Source: a candidate division TM6 bacterium GW2011_GWF2_28_16 (lineage in GTDB: Bacteria; Patescibacteriota; Microgenomatia; UBA1400; PJMF01). Taken from it: a stretch of DNA of 64,000 nt. A program made the position numbers and the translations under genes. The stretch lies in contig CP011212.1 in the NCBI GenBank assembly GCA_001029715.1, positions 131,407 to 195,406 of the forward strand, written 5' to 3'. Positions within the stretch are counted from its first letter, which is position 1. Every line of letters starts with the position of its first letter. This document shows positions 12,016 to 20,407 of the stretch, in pieces. Under the pieces are notes generated by a model. It had not been told where the DNA came from. It searched no databases and worked only from the letters and a program-made list of their open reading frames with translations.

Positions 12016-13818
12016 ATGCAGGTTCAAAACAACTCACAAACCAGCAAACCTTCCCAAAGTATAAATCCACCACTGGGTGCTAGCCCTGTTGTGCCTAGCT
12101 CTAGTCCTGTTGCAACTAGACCTGCGACAACTCAAGCTAAGCCAATTTTAGCAACTCCGTCAATTCTAAATAAAACTGATTCAGTTGTTCCAACTGCTAG
12201 AGCCACTTCTGTTGCATCGGCAGAGAAAGACTCTTTTTCTGAAAAAGATCTTAAAGTTAAACTCAATAAATCAAAGGGTCCTAGATCAAAAAAACAAATT
12301 CCTACTATTCTTGGTTTGTTAATTTTGTTTGTGGCTTTGATTTCTGGAGTTTTACTTTTTGGTCAGGGAACTGGAGTTTTTGCTCCGCGTGCAACAGCTC
12401 AAACTACCCCCAAAAACATTCGAATTAGCAATGTGACAGATAAAACTTTTACGATCTCTTTTTATACCGATGAAAGCACTACTGCTTCTATAAAATATGG
12501 TGAGTCGGAAAAATCTTTAGACAAGCAAGCCAGTGATGATCGCGATCAGCTTTCAGGAGTTGTTAAAGATTACAGATTACATCAAATAACAGTAAGAGCT
12601 CTTTCACCCAACCAAGATTATTTTTATGAACTAATTGTTAATTCAAGCTCTTTTGATAACGAAGGACAGCCATATGTATTAAAAACAGCCCTCAAACCAA
12701 GCCAATCACCAAATAATAGTCAGACTATTTATGGCAATGTTTTTAACACAGATGGTTCAGCTGCAGAAGGAGCCATTGTTTATTTATATAGTGAGGGCAT
12801 GGGTACTTTATCAAGTTTAGTTAAATCATCTGGAAGCTGGGGAATTTCTTTATCCAATGCTTTTAATACTGAAAAAAGTGGCTACGCTGTGGTGACTGAC
12901 GAAAGCCCACTAGACATCAAGATCCAAGGTATTGAGCCAGATCTGTTAAGTAGTTTGCAACTTACTGTAGTAGCAGCTCAGCCAGTTCCAAATATAACTT
13001 TAGGTCAGAATGAAGTAGTTGCCGATGCCTCATCATCATTGGTTGATAAAGAAGAGCTTTTGGCTGATGCAGAAACCTCTTCCTCAAGCACCCTTTTAGA
13101 ATCTACTCCAAGTGCTGAGGGTAGCGAAAGTGCTGTCTTAATAGAGCAATCTAGTTCATCTGGAGCTTTGCAAGATTTGTTATCAAATGACGGCATTAAT
13201 GAAGAACCAGAAGTTTTAAACTTAGATGAACTCAGTGAATCTCAAGAAGCTTCAGCTACAACTATTACAACAACTCAGCCTCAAATAAAAGCTACTTTGC
13301 CAGCCAATACTATGGTTAGAGTAATCATTCACTCCGATACTCAAATTGATGAAACCGTTCAAACAGATGCTAATGGTGATTTAATTTTAGATGTTGCGAG
13401 TCTTGGTAAGAATTTAGAGCCAGGAGTACACACTGCTTCTTACACTTACATTGATCCTACAACAGGTGAAGAGATCACTAAAACTTATAGTTTTACAGTC
13501 GATCCAAGCGCTGATTCTAGACAGCTGGCGGCGGTGGTTACAACTCCTACTCCAACTACAATTCCAACAGTAACCCCAACTGTAGCAGTGCCTTATGGCT
13601 CTGGAAATCCTTATGTTCCAACTATTTCTGCAACTCCAACTGCTATTATTTCTTCAGCTGTTAGTACTAGATCAGCCGTAGTTTCTACAACGAGCGGACA
13701 ATATAGTGCTGGTTCTGTGGGTACCACGATAGCTTTATTATTTGGTGGATTATTTTTTGTGGCGGCTGGTGTTTGGAGCTATCTATTGGCTAATTCTTTT
13801 GAAGAAAAAAGAAGCTAA
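12016..13818 (+). CDS. Large surface protein, doubly membrane-anchored. It has a disordered S/P/T-rich N-terminus, a TM, an FN3 / purple-acid-phosphatase-N-like domain, a T/P-rich linker and a C-terminal TM.
   Basis: 600 aa. TM1 is ILGLLILFVALISGVLLF, around residue 100. TM2 is IALLFGGLFFVAAGVWSYLL, at the extreme C-terminus after TTPTPTTIPTVTPTVAVP. A beta-rich domain (IRISNVTDKTFTISFYTDESTTASIKYGESEKSL...YRLHQITVRALSPNQDYFYEL) resembles the FN3-like N-domain of metallophosphatases. Confidence 0.55.
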   Translation: MQVQNNSQTSKPSQSINPPLGASPVVPSSSPVATRPATTQAKPILATPSILNKTDSVVPTARATSVASAEKDSFSEKDLKVKLNKSKGPRSKKQIPTILGLLILFVALISGVLLFGQGTGVFAPRATAQTTPKNIRISNVTDKTFTISFYTDESTTASIKYGESEKSLDKQASDDRDQLSGVVKDYRLHQITVRALSPNQDYFYELIVNSSSFDNEGQPYVLKTALKPSQSPNNSQTIYGNVFNTDGSAAEGAIVYLYSEGMGTLSSLVKSSGSWGISLSNAFNTEKSGYAVVTDESPLDIKIQGIEPDLLSSLQLTVVAAQPVPNITLGQNEVVADASSSLVDKEELLADAETSSSSTLLESTPSAEGSESAVLIEQSSSSGALQDLLSNDGINEEPEVLNLDELSESQEASATTITTTQPQIKATLPANTMVRVIIHSDTQIDETVQTDANGDLILDVASLGKNLEPGVHTASYTYIDPTTGEEITKTYSFTVDPSADSRQLAAVVTTPTPTTIPTVTPTVAVPYGSGNPYVPTISATPTAIISSAVSTRSAVVSTTSGQYSAGSVGTTIALLFGGLFFVAAGVWSYLLANSFEEKRS

Positions 13819-15044
13819 ATTCCATCAGCAATTACTTGCCATAATTCTCGATCGTTATCTTCATAACCAAGTGCCCAAATGGCTATTCCCGCCAAGTTTA
13901 ATTGTCTAGCATACTCTAATTTGTAGGAGATGGATTCTGAGTCTTCATAATAGATTGTGTAAAATTCACCATCTTGTTTGTAAGTGATGTATGGAGAAAG
14001 AGCGTCACTGTCGAATGACTTTTTAATTTGAGTGGCTCCTTTCCAGGTATTTTCATCAGTATTGCCATTTTCACTTAGGGTCAACAGTTCTTTGGCTTTT
14101 TTATAACTTACCGTGAAGCCGGTATCTTCAAATGTATTAGCTTTTGGATTGTTTGAGTCAGTTTGCCAGCCATAGCCATAAAAAGGAATGCCGAGAAGAA
14201 TTTTTTCACGAGGAATTTGATCTAAAAATAATTTTAGATTTTGATTAATGTCTTTATTCCATTTACTATTTTCACTTTCGCTAAAAAGAGGAGCAACTGG
14301 GCCAGCTTGACTACTGCTTCGTTGATGAAAGTCATAAGCCATAACAACAACGTAGTCGACATATTGGCCAATTGTGGCAATATCCCAGAGACTTTGTGAG
14401 TTGCTGGCAGCGCTAGCATAAACGTCTACGCTTATTTGCACATCTTTGTATTTAGTATCCAGATACCAATCAAGCTTACGCATAAAAGTTACAAAATTTT
14501 CTCGCAGAGCTTGGCTGTTTTCACCACTATACTCAATGTCAATGTTAATTCCAGAAACAGGATAAGCTAAAAGCAAAGAATCTAGACTTTGAAAAAAAGT
14601 AAGATGGGCTTTTTCGTTATTAAGAAAAGCACTAATATCTGCTGAATTAAACTGTTTAAGCACTAGCTCTACTTTGCCACCTTGATTTTGCATTTGTTCT
14701 GCTAGTTCCGTGAACTTTTCTTCATTAAGGGTGCGATAGCCAGGATCTAAATTGCCATCTTCATCTTTAATAGAAATCTCTCCATTAGCAGCGATATTCA
14801 ATCCAAAATAAGAAAGATGAGTCAACTCTTTTTCTAAAATAAAATCATTGACATTCCAGTATGGCAAAAACCCATAAACAATCTTGCGTTCTTTTTTGGG
14901 GATAATCAATTCTTTGAGATAACGCAAGCGACTATTGTTATCTATCGAAGAAAAAAGAGGGGCGTCGTAGAAAACATTAATTGATAAAAGTACTACAAAA
15001 ATCAGTAGCAAAAATAAAAAAATGCTAAAAAATATTTTTGACAT
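13815..15044 (-). CDS. Glycoside hydrolase family 18 protein (chitinase / peptidoglycan hydrolase-like), secreted
   Basis: It has an N-terminal signal/TM and the GH18 catalytic motif SGINIDIEY (DxxDxDxE-like). The YGFLPYWN start is typical of GH18 YaaH/YdhD-like enzymes. Confidence 0.7.
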   Translation of the reverse strand: MSKIFFSIFLFLLLIFVVLLSINVFYDAPLFSSIDNNSRLRYLKELIIPKKERKIVYGFLPYWNVNDFILEKELTHLSYFGLNIAANGEISIKDEDGNLDPGYRTLNEEKFTELAEQMQNQGGKVELVLKQFNSADISAFLNNEKAHLTFFQSLDSLLLAYPVSGINIDIEYSGENSQALRENFVTFMRKLDWYLDTKYKDVQISVDVYASAASNSQSLWDIATIGQYVDYVVVMAYDFHQRSSSQAGPVAPLFSESENSKWNKDINQNLKLFLDQIPREKILLGIPFYGYGWQTDSNNPKANTFEDTGFTVSYKKAKELLTLSENGNTDENTWKGATQIKKSFDSDALSPYITYKQDGEFYTIYYEDSESISYKLEYARQLNLAGIAIWALGYEDNDRELWQVIADGI

Positions 15045-17406
15045 CTATCATTTGTTGTTCATAAATAGTTTTGCCTTCTTCATCAACTGGTCTGGCACAA
15101 TCGGCACAATAAAGCTTGGTGAGTGGATCGTAGTAAAAGGCATGTTCTTCAAGATTCAGATCAGTAGCTTCTTCGCCCTCAGCCGGTGGTAAACCAGTTT
15201 CAGCACGAATCCAGTACTCTTTACGGAAAGTACCTGAATAGCTAGGTTTAGAACTCTCCCAGTACAGCTCTTGACCTTTAGATTCACAGCTAGCCACTGG
15301 ATCGGTATCAGTATTTACCGTGGCAACACTGGTTTCATTGTCTCCAGTGCTAATTAATAAACTTCCCAAACCTGCTTGAGGGGGCATGCCGGTTAAGCAA
15401 ACATTACCTATTTTGATATCTGCTGGTTTTTCTGGCCAAACAGTTTCTTCATCTTGCAAAATATATTGCATAATATCGTGCCAAATTGGAGCTGCGCCGG
15501 TAATACCAGAGGCTAAGTAGCTCATTGATTTACCATCATTATTACCTACCCAAACAATGGTCAAATATTCTGGAGTGTAACCGACGGTCCAGTTATCTTT
15601 AAGATCATTGGTGGTACCAGTTTTGGCAGAAACGATTTTATTTTTAATGACTAATTCAGAATTTGAGCCAAAAGCTGCTTGACGAGCATTGTTATCTTGG
15701 AGGATGTGGCTAGTCAAATAGGCAGGAGCGCGATCCATTACCCTTTTTGCTAAATTTTCTTCTTCAGCCAAATCATTTTCATTTAAATAAGCTAAATCAG
15801 CTTTAGCTTCTTCAGAATCATATTCTTCTAAAACTTCACCTTTATAATTGCTAATTTCTAAAATTCCAGTTAAAGGAATTTTGACACCCTGATTGGCCAG
15901 AACGCCAAAAGCCTCAGCTAATTCAGTCATTTTTACTTCACCTCCTCCTAAAGTTAATGACAAGCCATAATTAGCAGGATCAGTCCAAGTAGTAATGCCC
16001 ATCGCTGTGGCTTGGTTAATAAATTTTTGAAGGCCAATTGTAGTCAAAGCTTTGACGGCAGGAATATTAAGTGAATTTCCCAAAGACTGACGAATTGTTA
16101 CTGGTCCTAAAAAGGCTCCGGTGTAGTTTTTTGGACAATAGTCTTTTTGTCCAGCTACCTTGAAGCAAGTAGGAATGTCTAAAATCATTGAGCCAGGATT
16201 GAGGGTTTTTTCGGCAAAAGCTGTTGCATACATAATTGGTTTAATCGATGAACCAGGCTGTCTAAGTGCCAGAGCTACATTAACTTGACCATCTTCTTCA
16301 CTATCAAAATAGTCTTTGGAGCCAATCATGGCTAAAATTTCGCCAGTGTTCGGCTTGGTAACTAGAGCCGCGCCATTACCGACTTTAAGGTTGGCTAGTT
16401 TGGCTACTTCTGCTGACAGAGAGGCTTGAGCAGTTTCTTGCAAATCTAGATCCAGGGTAGTTTTAACACGTAGTCCACCAGTTTCAACCATTTTCTCGCC
16501 ATATTTTTCATAAAGCAGATCTTTAATATAAAAAACAAAATGAGGAGCTTTAATGTCTGTTCTAGAAATCGCAAAAGTCAGCACTTCACTTGCAGCGTCA
16601 TCAGCCTCTTTTTGGCTAATGTATTTATCTTCCACCATGCGACGTAAAACTTCTTTTTGACGTGCTTTGCCTTTTTCTGGATTTGATCCAAAAGGAGAAT
16701 AAGTGGTTGGAGATTGAGGCAGACCAGCTAGAAGTGATGCTTCAGCTAAAGTTAGATCTTTGGCTGATTTGTCAAAATATTTATTAGCAGCAGTCTCGAT
16801 TCCAACGGCAGTGCCACCGTAGGAAATGTAATTCAAATACATCCCTAAAATTTCATTTTTACTATAAAGAACTTCGGTCATAATAGCTAAAACAGCTTCT
16901 TTAATTTTACGTTTAAAAGTTTTTTCATTGGTGAGTAGGGCATTTTTGACTAATTGTTGAGTAATAGTCGAGCCACCTTGTAAGCTACCACTACTGAAAT
17001 TATTAAAACTAGCTCTAATAAGACCAGTAATATCTAAGCCGTGATGGGAATAAAATTTTTTGTCTTCAATAGCGACGGTTGCTTGAAGTAAATGCTCTGG
17101 AAGTTGGTCAATTTGGACAGGAATGCGGTTCTCATTGCCATAGATTTCATAAAGTAATTCTCCATTGCGGTCGAAAATCTGAGTGCTGACTGGGAAATTT
17201 TCGCTAGAAGTTAAATTATTTGGTGAAGGAAGTTGTTTATATAGATAGATAAGTGTAATTAAAATAGCAGTAGCGATAGCAATCAAGGAAATTTGCAAAG
17301 GGCGACTTGTCTTTAATCTTTCCAAAAAAGGAGGAGTCATGGGTCTTTTTTTCTTTGTTTGTTTTTTCTGGGCAAGAAGGAAAGGATTCATGGGATTATT
17401 ATACAT
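15025..17406 (-). CDS. Penicillin-binding protein 1A family (bifunctional transglycosylase/transpeptidase) with a C-terminal extension
   Basis: GT51 motifs are present: ATVAIEDKKFYSHHGLD, GGSTITQQLVKN and RKIKEAVLA. The transpeptidase SxxK motif appears as PGSSIKP, and the KTGT motif is also present. It has an N-terminal TM. Confidence 0.9.
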   Translation of the reverse strand: MYNNPMNPFLLAQKKQTKKKRPMTPPFLERLKTSRPLQISLIAIATAILITLIYLYKQLPSPNNLTSSENFPVSTQIFDRNGELLYEIYGNENRIPVQIDQLPEHLLQATVAIEDKKFYSHHGLDITGLIRASFNNFSSGSLQGGSTITQQLVKNALLTNEKTFKRKIKEAVLAIMTEVLYSKNEILGMYLNYISYGGTAVGIETAANKYFDKSAKDLTLAEASLLAGLPQSPTTYSPFGSNPEKGKARQKEVLRRMVEDKYISQKEADDAASEVLTFAISRTDIKAPHFVFYIKDLLYEKYGEKMVETGGLRVKTTLDLDLQETAQASLSAEVAKLANLKVGNGAALVTKPNTGEILAMIGSKDYFDSEEDGQVNVALALRQPGSSIKPIMYATAFAEKTLNPGSMILDIPTCFKVAGQKDYCPKNYTGAFLGPVTIRQSLGNSLNIPAVKALTTIGLQKFINQATAMGITTWTDPANYGLSLTLGGGEVKMTELAEAFGVLANQGVKIPLTGILEISNYKGEVLEEYDSEEAKADLAYLNENDLAEEENLAKRVMDRAPAYLTSHILQDNNARQAAFGSNSELVIKNKIVSAKTGTTNDLKDNWTVGYTPEYLTIVWVGNNDGKSMSYLASGITGAAPIWHDIMQYILQDEETVWPEKPADIKIGNVCLTGMPPQAGLGSLLISTGDNETSVATVNTDTDPVASCESKGQELYWESSKPSYSGTFRKEYWIRAETGLPPAEGEEATDLNLEEHAFYYDPLTKLYCADCARPVDEEGKTIYEQQMIDVKNIF

Positions 17407-17470
17407 TAAAATTTTAAGGCTTTATGATCAAGGTATTTTTATTTGATGAGAATTCCATTATAATCACTTC

Positions 17471-17947
17471 ATGGAACTTCAAAAAAATGCTGATTGGTAT
17501 CAATACTTGGACGAGTGCCAAAAAGAGCTAGTGGTGGTTAGTTTTTCCCTTTTAAACAAAAAAGAAGCTTTAGCTGATCTTAAAGATTATTCTTTTATTG
17601 TTTTTTCAATGGCGAAGGCTTATGAAGGTTTTCTCAAGAAAGTCTTTTTTGATCTTTATTTGATTAATAAAGAGACTTATGAAGGGCGTCGTTTTCGTAT
17701 CGGTCGAGCTCTTAATCCAGACATTCGCGATAATCAAAGAGATCAAGATTGGCTTTATGATGACGTTGCTCATAAATTTGGCAAGGAAATCGCTCGTCAA
17801 TTATGGGACACTTGGCTAGTTTGTCGTAATCGAGTTTTCCATTATTTTTCAGACTGTACTCAATTTCTTAGTTTTGATGAGGCTGCCGAACGGGTCAAGA
17901 TGATGGAAGAAGCAATGCAATTAGTTACAAATCAATTAAAAAAATAA
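17471..17947 (+). CDS. Hypothetical protein with a HEPN-like RNxxxH(Y) motif (possible HepT-like RNase domain)
   Basis: 158 aa. The C-terminal third carries LVCRNRVFHYF, which is R-N-x3-H-Y. This resembles the R-x4-H-x-Y motif of HEPN/DUF86 toxins. The size fits. There is no adjacent minimal nucleotidyltransferase partner. Confidence 0.45.
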   Translation: MELQKNADWYQYLDECQKELVVVSFSLLNKKEALADLKDYSFIVFSMAKAYEGFLKKVFFDLYLINKETYEGRRFRIGRALNPDIRDNQRDQDWLYDDVAHKFGKEIARQLWDTWLVCRNRVFHYFSDCTQFLSFDEAAERVKMMEEAMQLVTNQLKK

Positions 17948-17964
17948 ATTAATAGAAGGAAACT

Positions 17965-18588
17965 ATGACGACGAATTATAAATATAACAACATCACCATC
18001 TCTGGTTTGCCTGGTTGCGGTTCAACTACTTTATTGAGCTTGCTTAAAGAAGAGTTGGAGGCTGAAAACTGGGTGGGTTTCTCTGGTGGAGAATTCATGC
18101 GCTCTTATGCAATTGAAAAAGGTTTGTTCAATCCAAATAAATCTGTTCATCACAGTGCTACTGTTTACAATGATGATTTTGATCGCCAAGTAGATTATGG
18201 CATTCGTGAAAAAGTCAGTGAACATGAAAAATGGATTATTGAGTCATGGCTATCTGGTTTTATGGCCCAAAATGTTCCAGGTACACTTAAAGTTCTCATG
18301 ACTTGCAGTGATGATGCCGTTCGCATTGATCGGATTGTCAATCGCGATGATGTTGATGTTGAAGAAGCCAAGCGTAGTATTCATGATCGTTATCAGGGTA
18401 ATTTAGAGAAATGGCAACGTGTGTACTCTAAAGAATGGCAAGAATGGGTAGTAGAGACCGGTAAATTGCCAAAGTCAGCTGAGATTGATTTTTGGCGTCC
18501 AGAGCTTTACGATTTAGTTATTGATACTTTCTCAAATAATAAAGAAAAGACTCTAAGGCTTGTCCTAGATGCCATCAAAAAAACTTAA
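17965..18588 (+). CDS. Archaeal-type cytidylate (CMP) kinase family protein (P-loop NMP kinase)
   Basis: It carries ITISGLPGCGSTT (Walker A), ESWLSGFM and YDLVIDTFSN. These match the archaeal Cmk-type consensus (ISGPPGSGKTT ... EGRLSGWM ... YDLVIDTS). Confidence 0.65.
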   Translation: MTTNYKYNNITISGLPGCGSTTLLSLLKEELEAENWVGFSGGEFMRSYAIEKGLFNPNKSVHHSATVYNDDFDRQVDYGIREKVSEHEKWIIESWLSGFMAQNVPGTLKVLMTCSDDAVRIDRIVNRDDVDVEEAKRSIHDRYQGNLEKWQRVYSKEWQEWVVETGKLPKSAEIDFWRPELYDLVIDTFSNNKEKTLRLVLDAIKKT

Positions 18589-19240
18589 GAAAACTGTTAG
18601 GTCACACAAACACGAAGCTTTTTTGCCGATTTTGCTTCTAACTTTTTTATTGTGGATTTTTTATAGAAGCATTTTTCATTTTTCAGTTTTGTTCGATGAA
18701 AGCATTGGTAAACTGGTCTTTTTTGCCTTGCCAGTCCTATTATATGTTTCGATCTCTGGTAGTACTGAAATCTTTGAAACTTTCTCTCTCAAGAAACTTA
18801 AGCCAGGTTTACTATTGGGTTTGGCTATAGGTGGTGTTTTTGGTTTTGCAGCAGCCTTTTTAGGAGCTTTGAGTCGAGGGGGTCTTGTTAGTTCAATTCC
18901 TTATTATTTTGCTGATTGGTTTTGGCAAGAAATGTTTTTGGCAATTTTAACTGGATTTTGGGAAACTTTGTTTTTTTACAGTTTTGTTATGGTCATTATC
19001 AATGATAAGTTTCGTCATCTTTCACTATTGAAAAGAATCGGCATGGTTGCTCTAGTCTTTTTATTTTTTCATTTGCCGAACATCTTTGCTCGTTTTAGTT
19101 TTACCGAATCTTTATTTCAGATTTTACTTATTTTTGCTTTTGCCTGTGGTCAAGCGCTGATTTTTTATAAGAGACGCAACGCTTATCTATTGATATTGGT
19201 GCAAGCTATTTGGGGAATGGTTCTACTAATTCACTTCTAA
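18569..19240 (+). CDS. CPBP-family (CAAX protease / Abi-like) intramembrane protein (tentative)
   Basis: A polytopic membrane protein. It has the motifs GFWETLFFYSF (a degenerate EExxxR), FLFFHLPN (FxxxH) and a C-terminal H. It overlaps the preceding gene by 20 nt. Confidence 0.45.
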   Translation: MPSKKLKKTVRSHKHEAFLPILLLTFLLWIFYRSIFHFSVLFDESIGKLVFFALPVLLYVSISGSTEIFETFSLKKLKPGLLLGLAIGGVFGFAAAFLGALSRGGLVSSIPYYFADWFWQEMFLAILTGFWETLFFYSFVMVIINDKFRHLSLLKRIGMVALVFLFFHLPNIFARFSFTESLFQILLIFAFACGQALIFYKRRNAYLLILVQAIWGMVLLIHF

Positions 19241-19246
19241 TTTTTT

Positions 19247-19825
19247 ATGAAAAAGATTAATTATTTATGTATCTTGTTTGCCGTCGCTTTCTCTGTTTTT
19301 ATTTTACTTATTTCGCTACAGTCGGCCAACAAAGCTCGAATGACCAATGAAGGTAGATTGGTTTCTGGCAAATTTTATATCGCCAAAGAAATTTTGCCAG
19401 ATCATTCTTTATATCCTATATTAATGGTTGTCGATCGTTTACGTTTAGAGTTAGCTGGTCCAGAAAGAAGAGTGTATTTGTTGAGTTCCTATGCTAATCG
19501 TCGTCTTTTTTATAGTAAAAAGCTTCTAGAAAAAAACGATCAAGTTTTGGCACTTACTACTCTGAGCAAAGCAATCAAGTATATAAATCAAGCTTTGGAA
19601 GAGAACATTGGCTTAATTGAAAAGGCCAGTCCAAGTAAAACAGAGGAATATCAAAAGCTAGCCTTTTTCACTTTAGAGAATTTTAATCAAGACATGACTT
19701 TTACTGCAGAATACAAAAACCAATTCAACGATGAGGGGCAAGCAATCTTAGATTCACTTTCCACAGAAGGTTTATCCCTAGCAGAAAAATTGCGCAGCCT
19801 GATGAATCAATCAATTCAAAACTGA
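19247..19825 (+). CDS. Hypothetical secreted or membrane-anchored protein
   Basis: 192 aa. It has an N-terminal signal/TM (YLCILFAVAFSVFILLISL), and the rest is predicted helical. It lies 6 nt after the preceding gene. Confidence 0.45.
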   Translation: MKKINYLCILFAVAFSVFILLISLQSANKARMTNEGRLVSGKFYIAKEILPDHSLYPILMVVDRLRLELAGPERRVYLLSSYANRRLFYSKKLLEKNDQVLALTTLSKAIKYINQALEENIGLIEKASPSKTEEYQKLAFFTLENFNQDMTFTAEYKNQFNDEGQAILDSLSTEGLSLAEKLRSLMNQSIQN

Positions 19826-19875
19826 TCTATTTTGTTATATTGACAAGTACCCATTCCGCATGAGATTCTTCTATT

Positions 19876-19930
19876 CCTCGTTTCTTTGAACCACTATAAG
19901 TTGTGTTCAAGGAAACGAGGAAATACTATA
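19876..19930 (+). promoter_or_regulatory. Putative NrdR operator: an NrdR-box-like palindrome embedded in a 16-bp-arm hairpin, with a possible second half-box 32 bp downstream
   Basis: The hairpin arms are cctcgtttctttgaac / gttcaaggaaacgagg, with one mismatch. The loop, ccactataagttgtg, matches the NrdR box consensus acaCwAtATaTwGtgt at about 13 of 16 positions. ACTATA recurs at 19925-19930, a 32-bp spacing. A TTGACA sits at 19840-19845. The element lies immediately upstream of nrdR-nrdJ. Confidence 0.45.
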
Positions 19931-19951
19931 GGTAGCGATTTAAGGCATATT

Positions 19952-20404
19952 ATGCAGTGTCCATTTTGCAAAGGCAGCGAAACAGCCGTTATCGATTCAA
20001 GAGAGACGGAAAATGGGGATACTGTGAGGCGTAGGCGCACCTGTGAAGATTGCGGCAAGCGCTTTACCACCTACGAAAGAGTCGAAGGCGTAGATTTAAA
20101 AGTCATCAAAAAAGACGGTAATCAAGAAAATTTTGATAGAGAAAAAATCAAACGAGGTTTGATTAAAGCAACTTGGAAACGTCCTGTCAGTATGTTGCAA
20201 ATAGAACTACTAATTGAGGATGTTGAGGCCAAGCTGAGGCAAAGAGAATTGGTTGAAGTTAAGAGTTGGGAAATTGGCAATCTAGTGCTCAATCGTCTCA
20301 AGAAACTCGATCCACTTTCTTATTTGCTTTTTGCCACTGTTTATCGAGACTTTGGTGAACTAGCAGACTTTGAAGCAGAAATTAAGAAATTGAAAGAAAA
20401 CTAA
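19952..20404 (+). CDS. nrdR: Transcriptional repressor NrdR
   Basis: Read from the internal ATG, the protein begins MQCPFCKGSETAVIDSRETENGDTVRRRRTCEDCGKRFTTYERVE, which is the NrdR zinc ribbon, and is followed by an ATP-cone. The ORF-track start at 19886 would lie inside the operator hairpin. Confidence 0.9.
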   Translation: MQCPFCKGSETAVIDSRETENGDTVRRRRTCEDCGKRFTTYERVEGVDLKVIKKDGNQENFDREKIKRGLIKATWKRPVSMLQIELLIEDVEAKLRQRELVEVKSWEIGNLVLNRLKKLDPLSYLLFATVYRDFGELADFEAEIKKLKEN

Positions 20405-20407
20405 TCT

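Noticed and set aside
19886-19951. The 5' extension of the nrdR ORF (track start 19886, MNHYKLCSRKRGNTIGSDLRHI).
   Set aside because: NrdR family proteins begin with the zinc ribbon at MxCPFC. The extension lies inside the operator hairpin.
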